Source of the DNA: Polyangiales bacterium | GTDB lineage: Bacteria > Myxococcota_A > Polyangia > Polyangiales > Ga0077539 | Direction: 5' to 3' | DNA length: 64,000 nt | Assembly (NCBI GenBank): GCA_044229975.1 | Contig: JBGARZ010000014.1 | Span: forward strand, 64,001-128,000 | Shown: one piece after another, positions 53,846 through 62,400 of the stretch | How the letters are laid out: every line of letters starts with the position of its first letter | How positions within the stretch are numbered: the first letter of the stretch is position 1 | Made by a program: the position numbers and the translations under genes | Notes under the pieces: generated by a model | What the model saw: the letters and a program-made list of their open reading frames with translations, nothing else | Database searches by the model: none | Told to the model about the DNA's origin: nothing

Positions 53846-56097
53846 CGCGATGGTTGACCGCGGGACCACCCGCTCAGCCGTCCGGTCACCCGCTCCTTGC
53901 GACGCAGGCCCGCCGCGTCGGTGAGCATCCGCCCCGCCCATCGGTACACGTTGAACTCCGCCAGCAGCGCCCGCATCGAGCGCATCCGCTCGCGCTGCTC
54001 TTCGGGGGGCATCCGCAGCGCCGCGGCCAGCGCCGAGCTCGCCTCCTCCAGGTCGTAGGGGTTCACGATGAGCGCCTCGGTGAGCTCGCGCGCCGCGCCC
54101 GTGAAGCAGCTCAACACCAGCACCCCGAGCTCGTCACCGCGCGCCGACACGAACTCCTTGGCCACGAGGTTCATCCCGTCGTGGAGGCTGCTCACGTAGC
54201 AGAGGTCGGCCGCGCGGTAGTAGCGGTACACCGTCGGCGGCTCGTGGTGCGACCGCAGCAGCTTGATGGGCTGGTAGCCCTCGCGGCCGAAGCGCTCGTT
54301 GATGCGCGCCGCCACCGCCTCGACGGTCTCGTTGAGCGCGCGGTACGCCGGGATGGTCGTTCGGCTCGGCGCCGCGAGCTGCGCGAAGACGAAGCGCCCG
54401 ACGAACTCCGGGAAGCGCTCCAGCAGGCGCTCGACGGCGAGCAGGCGCTCTTCGATCCCCTTGGTGTAGTCGAGGCGGTCGATGCCCACGCCCAGCAGCG
54501 CGTCGGGCGCGAGGCCCAGCTCGGCACGCACCGCGGCGCGACACTCCGCGGCGGAGGGGAGGTCGTCGAGCCAGTGCACCGGCCACTCGATGGAGATGGG
54601 GTACGGGCGAACCAGCGTGCTGCGGCGGGCGCGGACCACGGCGTTCTGCTCGCGGTCGATGCGGCACTCGACGAAGGCGTCGACCGAGTCGAGGTAGTTG
54701 TTGCAGTGCTGCTGCGTGTGGAAGCCCACGACGCTCGACCCGAGCACGCCCTCGATGAGCTCCTCGCGCCAGGGGCAGATGCCGAAGCGCTCCGAGCTCG
54801 GCCAGGGGATGTGCCAGAACGTGATGATCGTCGCCTTCGGCAGCCGCTCGCGGATCATCCTGGGCGCCAGCGCGAAGTGATAGTCCTGCACCAGTACGAT
54901 CGGGTCGTCGACCTCGACCTCCTCGCACACGGCGTCGGCGAACTTCTGGTTCACGGCGCGGTAGTGCTCCCAGTCCGACGCGCGAAAGTCCGGGCGCGTG
55001 TGGGCCACGTGGCAGAGCGCCCAGAGCCCCTCGTTGGCGAAGCCGTAGTAGTAGCCCTTCTCCTCCTCCGGGGTCAGCCACACGCGCCGCAGCGAGTACG
55101 ACTCCTCCCCGGGCGGAACCATCACGTGATCGTTTGCGTCGACGGTCTCGCGGTCGGCGCTCCCGCTGCCGTGCGCGACCCACACGCCCGAGCACGCGCG
55201 CATCACCGGCTCCAGCGCCGTGACCAGCCCGCTCGCGGGGTGCTGCACCGTCACCCCGCCGTCGTCCGCGCGCTGGTGGATGTACGGCTCGCGGTTGGCC
55301 ACGATCACCACGCGCTCGCCGTGGAGGTTCTCGTTGAGCACGGCCTTCAGGCGACCGGGGCTCCAGCGGCCGCCCCGCGCGTCGGGGTCGCTCTCTCTCG
55401 CGAGCTCCGCCGCCAGCTCGCGGACGTCGCGCATCAGCGCCTGGTACTCCGGCGCGCGGTCGCCCTCGCGCAACGAGCGACGAACCTCCAGCAGCCAGTC
55501 GCGCCGCGCCAGCTTCGCGGCCACCACCGTGAGCAGCGCGGCCCCGAGCGCCAACGAGAAGAGGGCGCCCAGCAGGAGGTGCGTCGCCTCGGCCTCGCGC
55601 CGCCCGACGAAGCCGAGGTCGTGCACGAGCACCACGAAGCCGAGCTCGCGGTCGTCGTCCATCACCGGGAGCGCGCTCACGTGGAGGCTGCCCGACCCGA
55701 TCGAGCGAACGAAGAACCACGGCTCCCCGGGCGGATCGGACGGCCGCGGCCCACGTCGGCTCGCCACTGCCTGGCAGGTGATCCCCCGCGGGAACTCCGC
55801 CGTCATCGCGAGGGCGTCGCCTCCCTCCACGCACGCGCCCGCCGCCAGGATGCGCTCGTCGCGGGTCACGTTGCGCAGGAGCGTGGCGATGCCGTCGCGG
55901 TCGTTGGCGTTCCAGAAGTCGACGAGGCTGCGGCGCCCCGTGTTGAGCACCAGCCGCGAGCGCAGGACGATGTCCCGCTCGAACCACCGACGCGTGGTGC
56001 TCAGGGCGATCTGGTAGGCGCCCGTGCTCAGCACGGCGAGCCCAAGCCCCAGAATGACCAAGAACCGAAGACGCTGTCCCATGTCGCGCTGCTGCAT
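53842..56097 (-). CDS. otsA: Trehalose-6-phosphate synthase with an N-terminal TM-periplasmic-TM domain
   Basis: GT20 motifs [48 protein letters not shown]; two TM helices in the first ~200 aa; start 56097 or 56082. Confidence 0.9.
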   Translation of the reverse strand: MQQRDMGQRLRFLVILGLGLAVLSTGAYQIALSTTRRWFERDIVLRSRLVLNTGRRSLVDFWNANDRDGIATLLRNVTRDERILAAGACVEGGDALAMTAEFPRGITCQAVASRRGPRPSDPPGEPWFFVRSIGSGSLHVSALPVMDDDRELGFVVLVHDLGFVGRREAEATHLLLGALFSLALGAALLTVVAAKLARRDWLLEVRRSLREGDRAPEYQALMRDVRELAAELARESDPDARGGRWSPGRLKAVLNENLHGERVVIVANREPYIHQRADDGGVTVQHPASGLVTALEPVMRACSGVWVAHGSGSADRETVDANDHVMVPPGEESYSLRRVWLTPEEEKGYYYGFANEGLWALCHVAHTRPDFRASDWEHYRAVNQKFADAVCEEVEVDDPIVLVQDYHFALAPRMIRERLPKATIITFWHIPWPSSERFGICPWREELIEGVLGSSVVGFHTQQHCNNYLDSVDAFVECRIDREQNAVVRARRSTLVRPYPISIEWPVHWLDDLPSAAECRAAVRAELGLAPDALLGVGIDRLDYTKGIEERLLAVERLLERFPEFVGRFVFAQLAAPSRTTIPAYRALNETVEAVAARINERFGREGYQPIKLLRSHHEPPTVYRYYRAADLCYVSSLHDGMNLVAKEFVSARGDELGVLVLSCFTGAARELTEALIVNPYDLEEASSALAAALRMPPEEQRERMRSMRALLAEFNVYRWAGRMLTDAAGLRRKERVTGRLSGWSRGQPSR

Positions 56098-56378
56098 GGT
56101 CCCTGTCGGGTAGCTCGTCCACGGGTTGCGGTCGTGTGGTCGGTGCTCAAGTACCGCGCCGTCACGGGCTGCGACGCCGCAGGGTGCGGTGTCGCGCGAT
56201 GGTCTACCGCGCGCGGGGATTGGCGCCGGAGGGATGGGCCGCAAGGATCGGAGTACGTGTTGGCGTCGTGGGTGAGGATCGACCACGGCCGCCTCGCGTC
56301 GCCCAGACGCCTCATCCGAACCCCAGGTACCAGGTCGGTCCTTGACAGGGTGTCGCGGAGGGGTCGACAGAGGCACCC

Positions 56379-57323
56379 ATGCACCCCCGCCTCCGCGCCG
56401 AATCGTCACGGCCGTGGTCGTCGCACCGCGTTCTGGCGCTCGTCCTCGCGGCCGCGAGCTGTTCGCCGCGCGGCACGTCGCTCCCCTCGTCGACGGACGC
56501 CGCCGCGCAAGACGTCGCTCCGGTCGACGCCGCCGCGCCCGACGCCACACCGCCGGACACCGCGGCGACGGCGGACCTTCCGGCCGCGGACATCCCCGCT
56601 GTCGACGTCGGCACCCCCGACGTTCCATCGCACGTTGATACGCCCATGGTCGATGTCCCCGCGGTCGATGTCCCCGCGGTCGATGTTTCCGCGGCCGATG
56701 TCTCGACCGTCGACAGCGCCGCGCCGGACGTGACCTCGCGCGACGACGTCGCCGCGGACGTGGTCGACGCCCCCGACGCGCCGACGGTCGACGCTCCCGC
56801 GAGCGACGTGGTGAGCCGGTGTCCCGAGGTCCCCTGTGGGCCTGGGCTCGCGTGCTACGCGGGTGTCTGCACCCCGTACACGACCCGCTACGACTGCACG
56901 CGGTCGTTCTCGTCAGGGTACTGCTCGCGCTGGGCCGTGAGCGGCGAAGGGCGAAGCTGGAGCTGCACGCAGTCGTTCTCGTCGGGGTACTGCTCGCGCT
57001 GGTCGGTCAGCGCGGACGGGTCGACGTGGAGCTGCACGCAGTCGTTCTCGTCGGGGTACTGCTCGCGCTGGTCTCTCAGCGGCACCACCTGGAACTGCAC
57101 GCAGTCGTTCTCGTCGGGGTACTGCTCGCGCTGGTCCGTCGGCGCCGATGGGTCGACGTGGAACTGCACGCAGTCGTTCTCGTCGGGGTACTGCTCGCGC
57201 TGGTCGGTCAGCGCCGACGGCGCGACATGGAACTGCGTCCTCTCCTTTTCGGCCGGCTATTGCAGCGAGTGGATGCGGCCCGCGGCGCCGCCCCAGGCGT
57301 TCTCGCCGGTCATCGCGTTGTAG
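56379..57323 (+). CDS. Lipoprotein with Asp/Pro stalk and six CTQSFSSGYCSRW repeats
   Basis: Lipobox AASC; D/P/A/V-rich linker; small Cys knot; repeats starting 56895, 56964, 57033, 57096, 57165, 57234. Confidence 0.72.
   Translation: MHPRLRAESSRPWSSHRVLALVLAAASCSPRGTSLPSSTDAAAQDVAPVDAAAPDATPPDTAATADLPAADIPAVDVGTPDVPSHVDTPMVDVPAVDVPAVDVSAADVSTVDSAAPDVTSRDDVAADVVDAPDAPTVDAPASDVVSRCPEVPCGPGLACYAGVCTPYTTRYDCTRSFSSGYCSRWAVSGEGRSWSCTQSFSSGYCSRWSVSADGSTWSCTQSFSSGYCSRWSLSGTTWNCTQSFSSGYCSRWSVGADGSTWNCTQSFSSGYCSRWSVSADGATWNCVLSFSAGYCSEWMRPAAPPQAFSPVIAL
56889..57272 (+). repeat. Coding 63-69-nt tandem repeat (6 units)
   Basis: Core TGCACGCAGTCGTTCTCGTCGGGGTACTGCTCGCGCTGGTC identical in four units, degenerate in the first and last. 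Confidence 0.9.
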
Positions 57324-57381
57324 GGGCCTCCGTCGACGGGTTGCGGTCGAGCTGCGACGGCCCAACAAACTCATATCCGAC

Positions 57382-59148
57382 ATGCGACTCGAAGACCTCG
57401 CCGTCATCGGCAACTGCCAGTACTCCGCCCTCGTCGATCGCCACGGCTCCGTGGTGTGGTGCTGCCTCCCGCGCTTCGACAGCGAGCCCGTCTTCGGCGC
57501 GCTGCTCGACCCTGACGGAGGGACGTTCACCATCGGCGCCGCCGACGGCACGGCGGGCGTGCAGCGTTACCTCGAGAACACCAACATCATCGAGACCCGC
57601 TTCGAGACGCCCGATGGGGCCTTCCGCGTCCTCGACTTCGCGCCGCGGTTCGCCGTCCACGAACGGATGTTTCGCCCCACGAAGATCGTTCGCATCGTGG
57701 AGCCGATCTCGGGCACGCCCCGCGTCGTGGTGCGCTGCGATCCGCGCCTCGGCTGGTCGCGCGAGGTACCGCGCCGCGAGCTCGGATCGCACCACATCCG
57801 CTACCAGGGCTTCGACGCCTCCGCGCGCCTCACGACGGACGTCCCGCTCTCGTACGTCGAGCAGGGGAGCCCCTTCGCGCTCACGGCGCGGAAGCACTTC
57901 GTCTTCGCGTGGGGGGAGCCCGTCGAGGAGCCGCTGCCGCCTCTCTGCGATCGCTTCCTGCGCGAGACCGAGCGCTACTGGCGGGGCTGGGTGAAGCACT
58001 GCAACGTGCCCGCGGCGTACCAGCGCGAGGTGATCCGCTCGGCGCTCGCGCTGAAGCTCCACTGCTTCGAGGACACCGGCGCCATCGTCGCGGCCATGAC
58101 CACCTCCATCCCGGAGTCGCACGGGACGGTGCGCAACTGGGACTATCGCTACTGCTGGCTGCGCGACGGCTACTACGCCCTCGACGCCTTCCGACTCCTC
58201 GGCCACTTCGAGGAGCGCGAGCAGTTTCTGGAGTACCTCCTCAACGTCGCGGGGTCGTCGACGGACCTCAACCTCGCGCCCCTCTACCGGGTCGACGGGC
58301 GGACCGACCTCGACGAGCGCGAGCTCACCCACTGGGCGGGCTTCGAGGGTCACGGTCCGGTGCGCGTGGGCAACGGAGCGGCGACGCACCTCCAGCACGA
58401 CGTCTTCGGCGAGATGGTGCTCGCGCTGTCACCGGTGTTCCTCGACGAGCGCTTCCGCCACGAGCAGACGGCGGGCACGCTCGACCTGCTCAAGGGCCTC
58501 GCGCGCAAGGCCGTCAGCGTGGTGGGCCAGCCCGACGCCTCCATCTGGGAGCTGCGCACCGAGTGGACGCCGCAGACCTTCTCCAGCCTGATGTGCTGGG
58601 CCGCGGCCGACCGCGTGGGCCGCATCGCCGAGCGCCACGCGCCGTCCCTGGTCACGGAGTTTCGCGGAGCGGCCGACCGCATCCGCGAGGAGATCTTCGC
58701 GCAGGCGTGGAGCGGCGACCTCGGCTCGCTGGTGTCGTCGTACGGCGGCCTGGAGTTCGACGCGTCGCTGTTGCAGGCCGTGACGCTGCGGTTTCTGCCG
58801 CCGGGCGACGCGCGCACGCACTCGACGCTCGACGCGATCGTGAAGCACCTGGGGCAGGGGACGTGGCTGCGGCGCTACCGCACCGACGACGGCTTCGGCG
58901 TGCCGTCGGTGGCGTTCATCATCTGCACGTTCTGGTTGGTGGAGGCGCTCGCGCTGTCGGGCCGCGTCGACGAGGCTCGGGCGGCCCTCGCGCGCACGAC
59001 GGAGGCGCTCTCGCCGGTGGGCCTCCTCGCGGAGGACTGGGACCCGGTGGGGCGTCGGCTGTGGGGCAACTTCCCGCAGGCGTACTCGCACGTCGGGCTC
59101 ATCCACGCGGCCTTCGCGGCGTCACCGAGCTGGTACGACGTGTTGTGA
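57382..59148 (+). CDS. Glycoside hydrolase family 15 (trehalase/glucoamylase-like)
   Basis: WCCLPRFDS, TGAIVAA.TTSIPE, RNWDYRYCWLRD, IWE, AFIICTFW, GNFPQAYSH. Confidence 0.93.
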   Translation: MRLEDLAVIGNCQYSALVDRHGSVVWCCLPRFDSEPVFGALLDPDGGTFTIGAADGTAGVQRYLENTNIIETRFETPDGAFRVLDFAPRFAVHERMFRPTKIVRIVEPISGTPRVVVRCDPRLGWSREVPRRELGSHHIRYQGFDASARLTTDVPLSYVEQGSPFALTARKHFVFAWGEPVEEPLPPLCDRFLRETERYWRGWVKHCNVPAAYQREVIRSALALKLHCFEDTGAIVAAMTTSIPESHGTVRNWDYRYCWLRDGYYALDAFRLLGHFEEREQFLEYLLNVAGSSTDLNLAPLYRVDGRTDLDERELTHWAGFEGHGPVRVGNGAATHLQHDVFGEMVLALSPVFLDERFRHEQTAGTLDLLKGLARKAVSVVGQPDASIWELRTEWTPQTFSSLMCWAAADRVGRIAERHAPSLVTEFRGAADRIREEIFAQAWSGDLGSLVSSYGGLEFDASLLQAVTLRFLPPGDARTHSTLDAIVKHLGQGTWLRRYRTDDGFGVPSVAFIICTFWLVEALALSGRVDEARAALARTTEALSPVGLLAEDWDPVGRRLWGNFPQAYSHVGLIHAAFAASPSWYDVL

Positions 59149-59207
59149 GGGCCGACGCCCGAACCCCGGTCATGAGCACCGCGACATCCTGAGGGGGACT
59201 GCAACGC

Positions 59208-60392
59208 TCACCCGCAGGTCGGGTTGGGCCCGCCCCGCGCGTCGCCGAGCACCTCCATCTGCTCGCGCAGGATCTCCACCTCCGATCGCAGCAGCGGCGC
59301 GCAACCGTCGATGTGTCGCGCAGCTTCCAGCTCCGCTCTCGCGTCACCGTCCATCGCCGCGAACAGACGCCCGGGCATCGCCAGCAAGAGCAGCGTCACC
59401 ACCTCGGGCGTCGCGTCCTGGCGCCCGTCCAGCGCGCGCCGCACGTCGCCGTAGAGGGCGGTCGCCCGTAGCGCGTCGAGCAGTCCGTCGACCTCGGCGC
59501 GGTGCTCCGGCGCGAGGCGTTCGGGCGTCGGGATCGCCTCCACCAACGCGCACACCGGACCCGGCAGCGCGTCGACGAAGGCCGCCACCGCGCCTCCTTG
59601 CGGAGGTCGCACCCGGGCCATCGCGGCGGGCAGCTCGACCAGCAGTCGCCGCGCGGCCTCGGCCCACGGGAGTCGCGTGTCGGTCAGGCGGAAGAGCACC
59701 GCCGCGCCCGAGGTGCGTCGTCGCAGCATCACCCAGCCGCGCGAGCGCCCGGTCGCCGCGTCGTGGGGCTTCATCGCCTCCCACAACAGCGGCACCGGAA
59801 CCCAGTGCGGCGGGTACTTGAAGCGCGCCACGTCGAGCACCAGCGCGAGGTCGCGTCCGGCGTGAACGCCCGCGATGGGAGAGAAGTGCCCGTCGCCCGT
59901 CTGGCCGAGGGCCTTGCGCGAGTAGGCGACGGCGAGCACCGGTCCGTCGGGCGAGGTGGCGGCCGTGAGCAGGTCGGTGCGGAAGGCGTCGAGGGTGGTG
60001 TCGTCGGGGCGGTTGGTGTCGGCGCGCGCGCCGTTGCAGCGGGCGAGGCAGGCGAACTGCTCCAGCGTGACGCCGCGCTGGCGGACGGCGTCGAGGGGGA
60101 GACAGCAATCGAGGAGTTCTTCGCTGTACCAGCGCCACGGCCCGCGCCAGAGGCGACCGGGGTCGACGCCCAGCGCGTTGAGCGCCACCACCAGCGTTCC
60201 GAGCGCGCAGAACGCCGGGTCGGCCTGCGTGTGAAACTGCTCGGCCAGCGCGAACCACCCCTCCAGGTGACCCTCGGCGAGGGCCTCGCGGAAGAGCCGC
60301 CGCCCCTCGGCGCTCGCGAAGGGGACGAGGTGCCCCGGTAGCGGCCGACGGTAGAAGCCTTCATCCAACGAGGGGGAGCGGGGCGTGTCCAT
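59208..60392 (-). CDS. Phytochelatin synthase (eukaryote-type N-terminal domain plus C-terminal extension)
   Basis: FYRRPLP, TQADPAFC (catalytic Cys), DPGRLWRGPWRW, LDCC, QTGDGHFSP (His), LDVARFKYPPHWV (Asp). Confidence 0.92.
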   Translation of the reverse strand: MDTPRSPSLDEGFYRRPLPGHLVPFASAEGRRLFREALAEGHLEGWFALAEQFHTQADPAFCALGTLVVALNALGVDPGRLWRGPWRWYSEELLDCCLPLDAVRQRGVTLEQFACLARCNGARADTNRPDDTTLDAFRTDLLTAATSPDGPVLAVAYSRKALGQTGDGHFSPIAGVHAGRDLALVLDVARFKYPPHWVPVPLLWEAMKPHDAATGRSRGWVMLRRRTSGAAVLFRLTDTRLPWAEAARRLLVELPAAMARVRPPQGGAVAAFVDALPGPVCALVEAIPTPERLAPEHRAEVDGLLDALRATALYGDVRRALDGRQDATPEVVTLLLLAMPGRLFAAMDGDARAELEAARHIDGCAPLLRSEVEILREQMEVLGDARGGPNPTCG

Positions 60393-60502
60393 GGCGTGAC
60401 CTCGATGCTGGAGTACGCCCGGCGACGGCTGCGCGGGAAGAGCCACCTTCGGGGTACTGCGGGTTCGACGGGCGCCGGTTGCGATGGGTTGGGGAAGCGC
60501 TG

Positions 60503-61360
60503 CTACAAACGCTCCTGGCAGTGGCCCTCGCCGTTGAAGTGGCCGACCGTCGCCGAGATCGCCGTGATGAAGTCGCGGAGGTTGCGCACGCGCGCCATGT
60601 CGCCGCCGCCGTACTGCGTCGACGGGAGCGTGGTGAGGTCGACCATCGCGAGCTCCTCCAGGGTGACGGTGCCGTCGGCGTCGCGGTCGGCGCCCGCGAT
60701 GGCGTCGAAGCGCAGGCGCGCGTCTTCGGACTGGAGGTCGTCGTAGAAGAAGTGGTCGCCGTGGATGGTCATCTGCGCGTCGACGTTGCCGCCCGACGGA
60801 ATCGCGAGGCCCACCTGGTTGTCCGCGTTGGTGCAGGTCTCGAAGTTGATCGTCTGCGTGAAGCCCCAGCGGAAGCGCACCGTGGTGCCCATGCGCGTGC
60901 CCTCGCCCTCAACGTAGAGGCCGTAGCCGTTGGTCTGCATCAGCGTCACGTCGGCGGCCGTGGCGTTGCCCGCGGTCGACGCCGCGGTGGCAGGGGCGAT
61001 GCGGTAGGACACGCGGTCCATGCGGCGCGAGGGGACGCCCGTGATGCGGCCAACACTGAAGGGCGTGGTGATGGTCTTCAGGTCGTAGACGCGCATGGCG
61101 GCGAGGGCGCCACCCGGGGTGCCGTCCGCGGACGCGACGGTGAAGTTGCCGATGTTGAGGAGGAAGCGGGTGTAGCGAATGGTCCAGCCGTTTTCGAAGC
61201 CGGGCTCGGTGCCCATGAGCGGAGGAATGCTGTCGGCGATGTAGTCCTCACCCCAGATGGTGACGGAGACGGTGCCGGGGGAGGTGCCAGCGCTGTCGGA
61301 GCCGCAGCCAAAGGCCGCGAGGGTGAGGAGAGCGAGGGATGGCATCATCGTGAACTTCAT
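60503..61360 (-). CDS. Lipoprotein with His motifs and an EF-hand-like loop (possible MbnP-like metal-binding protein)
   Basis: Lipobox AFGC; GWTIRY, TIHGDHFF, DRDADGTVTLEE, GHFNGEGHC. Confidence 0.65.
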   Translation of the reverse strand: MKFTMMPSLALLTLAAFGCGSDSAGTSPGTVSVTIWGEDYIADSIPPLMGTEPGFENGWTIRYTRFLLNIGNFTVASADGTPGGALAAMRVYDLKTITTPFSVGRITGVPSRRMDRVSYRIAPATAASTAGNATAADVTLMQTNGYGLYVEGEGTRMGTTVRFRWGFTQTINFETCTNADNQVGLAIPSGGNVDAQMTIHGDHFFYDDLQSEDARLRFDAIAGADRDADGTVTLEELAMVDLTTLPSTQYGGGDMARVRNLRDFITAISATVGHFNGEGHCQERL

Positions 61361-61438
61361 GGCACTGCCTTTCGAGAGAGGGGCGTTCGTTGTTGTTCAA
61401 TGGACAACGAAGTCGGTTGTGGATTGTCGGGTGTGGGG

Positions 61439-62230
61439 CTAGCGGGCGCCGCCGTCGGCGGAGGCGCCGGCGGGGACCCAGGTGAAGCGGAAGCCGCTCG
61501 CCGCGGGCGCGGTGCGGGTGACGGCGTTGAGGGGTTGGCCCTCGCCGAGGGTGACCACGGCGCCAGGCGTCGCGGGGTCGGGGACCATCGAGAAGTCCGA
61601 GCGGTCGATCCAGGCGCCGACGTCGACGACGATGTCCCAACGGCCTGACTGGTTCATGTCGCCGATGGCCGGGATGCCCTGGACGAGGTGCCGGATGGCA
61701 GGGGCGCAGTCGAAGCGCACGGTGCGGCCGTCCCTGGTGGCGGTGGCGCGGAGGTAGAGCGATCCGCCGTGGAGGGTCGCGGCGTCGGCCGTGGCAGCGT
61801 CGGCGGGGCGCAACTCGATGGCGGCGGACTGGGCGAGCCCGGTGACGCCGTTGCCACGGGTGAGCGAGACCCCGCCCGGTGCGAGCAGGTCGACGACGCG
61901 CTGGTTGGTGATGTCGGCGAGCGCCTCGCCCGCGACGTAGTGACCGGGGTGCGCGTAGGCGACCGAGATGCCGAGCGCGCGCTCGAAGAAGGTGCGACCG
62001 AAGAGCGCGGTGCCCTCGTACCAGCGCAGCGGGCCAACAGCGATGCGCGCCTCCTCGATCTGCACCGCCCACCCGGTGGACGTGGTGAGCATGGCGTCGG
62101 TGCCGCGCACCACGGCGTCGACGTTGATGCGGGAGCGGCCGGTGCTGTCGTCACCGCAATGGGCGACGCCGAGACAGGCGAGAGCGCCGAGGAGGGGCAG
62201 GACGACGGCGGGGTGGCGGAGGTGGTACAT
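61439..62230 (-). CDS. Lipoprotein with an AHPGH motif, apparently related to the downstream lipoprotein
   Basis: Lipobox-like VAHC; GWAVQI..A, AYAHPGHY, SLYLRATATRDGRTVRF resembles GLYVEGEGTRMGTTVRF in the neighbour. Confidence 0.65.
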   Translation of the reverse strand: MYHLRHPAVVLPLLGALACLGVAHCGDDSTGRSRINVDAVVRGTDAMLTTSTGWAVQIEEARIAVGPLRWYEGTALFGRTFFERALGISVAYAHPGHYVAGEALADITNQRVVDLLAPGGVSLTRGNGVTGLAQSAAIELRPADAATADAATLHGGSLYLRATATRDGRTVRFDCAPAIRHLVQGIPAIGDMNQSGRWDIVVDVGAWIDRSDFSMVPDPATPGAVVTLGEGQPLNAVTRTAPAASGFRFTWVPAGASADGGAR

Positions 62231-62400
62231 CGTGGCCTTCAGGGCGGGACGAGTCGGGCGGAACACGCGGCGGATACGGCGTGCCACTCGAATTGGATGA
62301 GTAACACCGTCGGATGGTCGCAGGCCAGCGGGCGGAAAGAGGTGCGTCAAATGGTCGCGAATCGGTGACGCGGACGACGGGTCGCGCCCACCCAACGCCC

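Noticed and set aside
56889..57272. CRISPR-like look: ~41-nt identical repeats with short variable intervals
   Set aside because: Unit lengths are multiples of 3, intervals resemble each other, the array is in frame within a lipoprotein, and no cas genes are present.
61386..61411. TTCGTTGT/ACAACGAA hairpin between the two lipoprotein genes
   Set aside because: Only an 8-bp stem; insufficient to call a terminator or ncRNA.
62270..62290. Possible sigma-54 promoter TGGCACG on the minus strand upstream of the His-lipoproteins
   Set aside because: The -12 TTGC element is missing at the required spacing.
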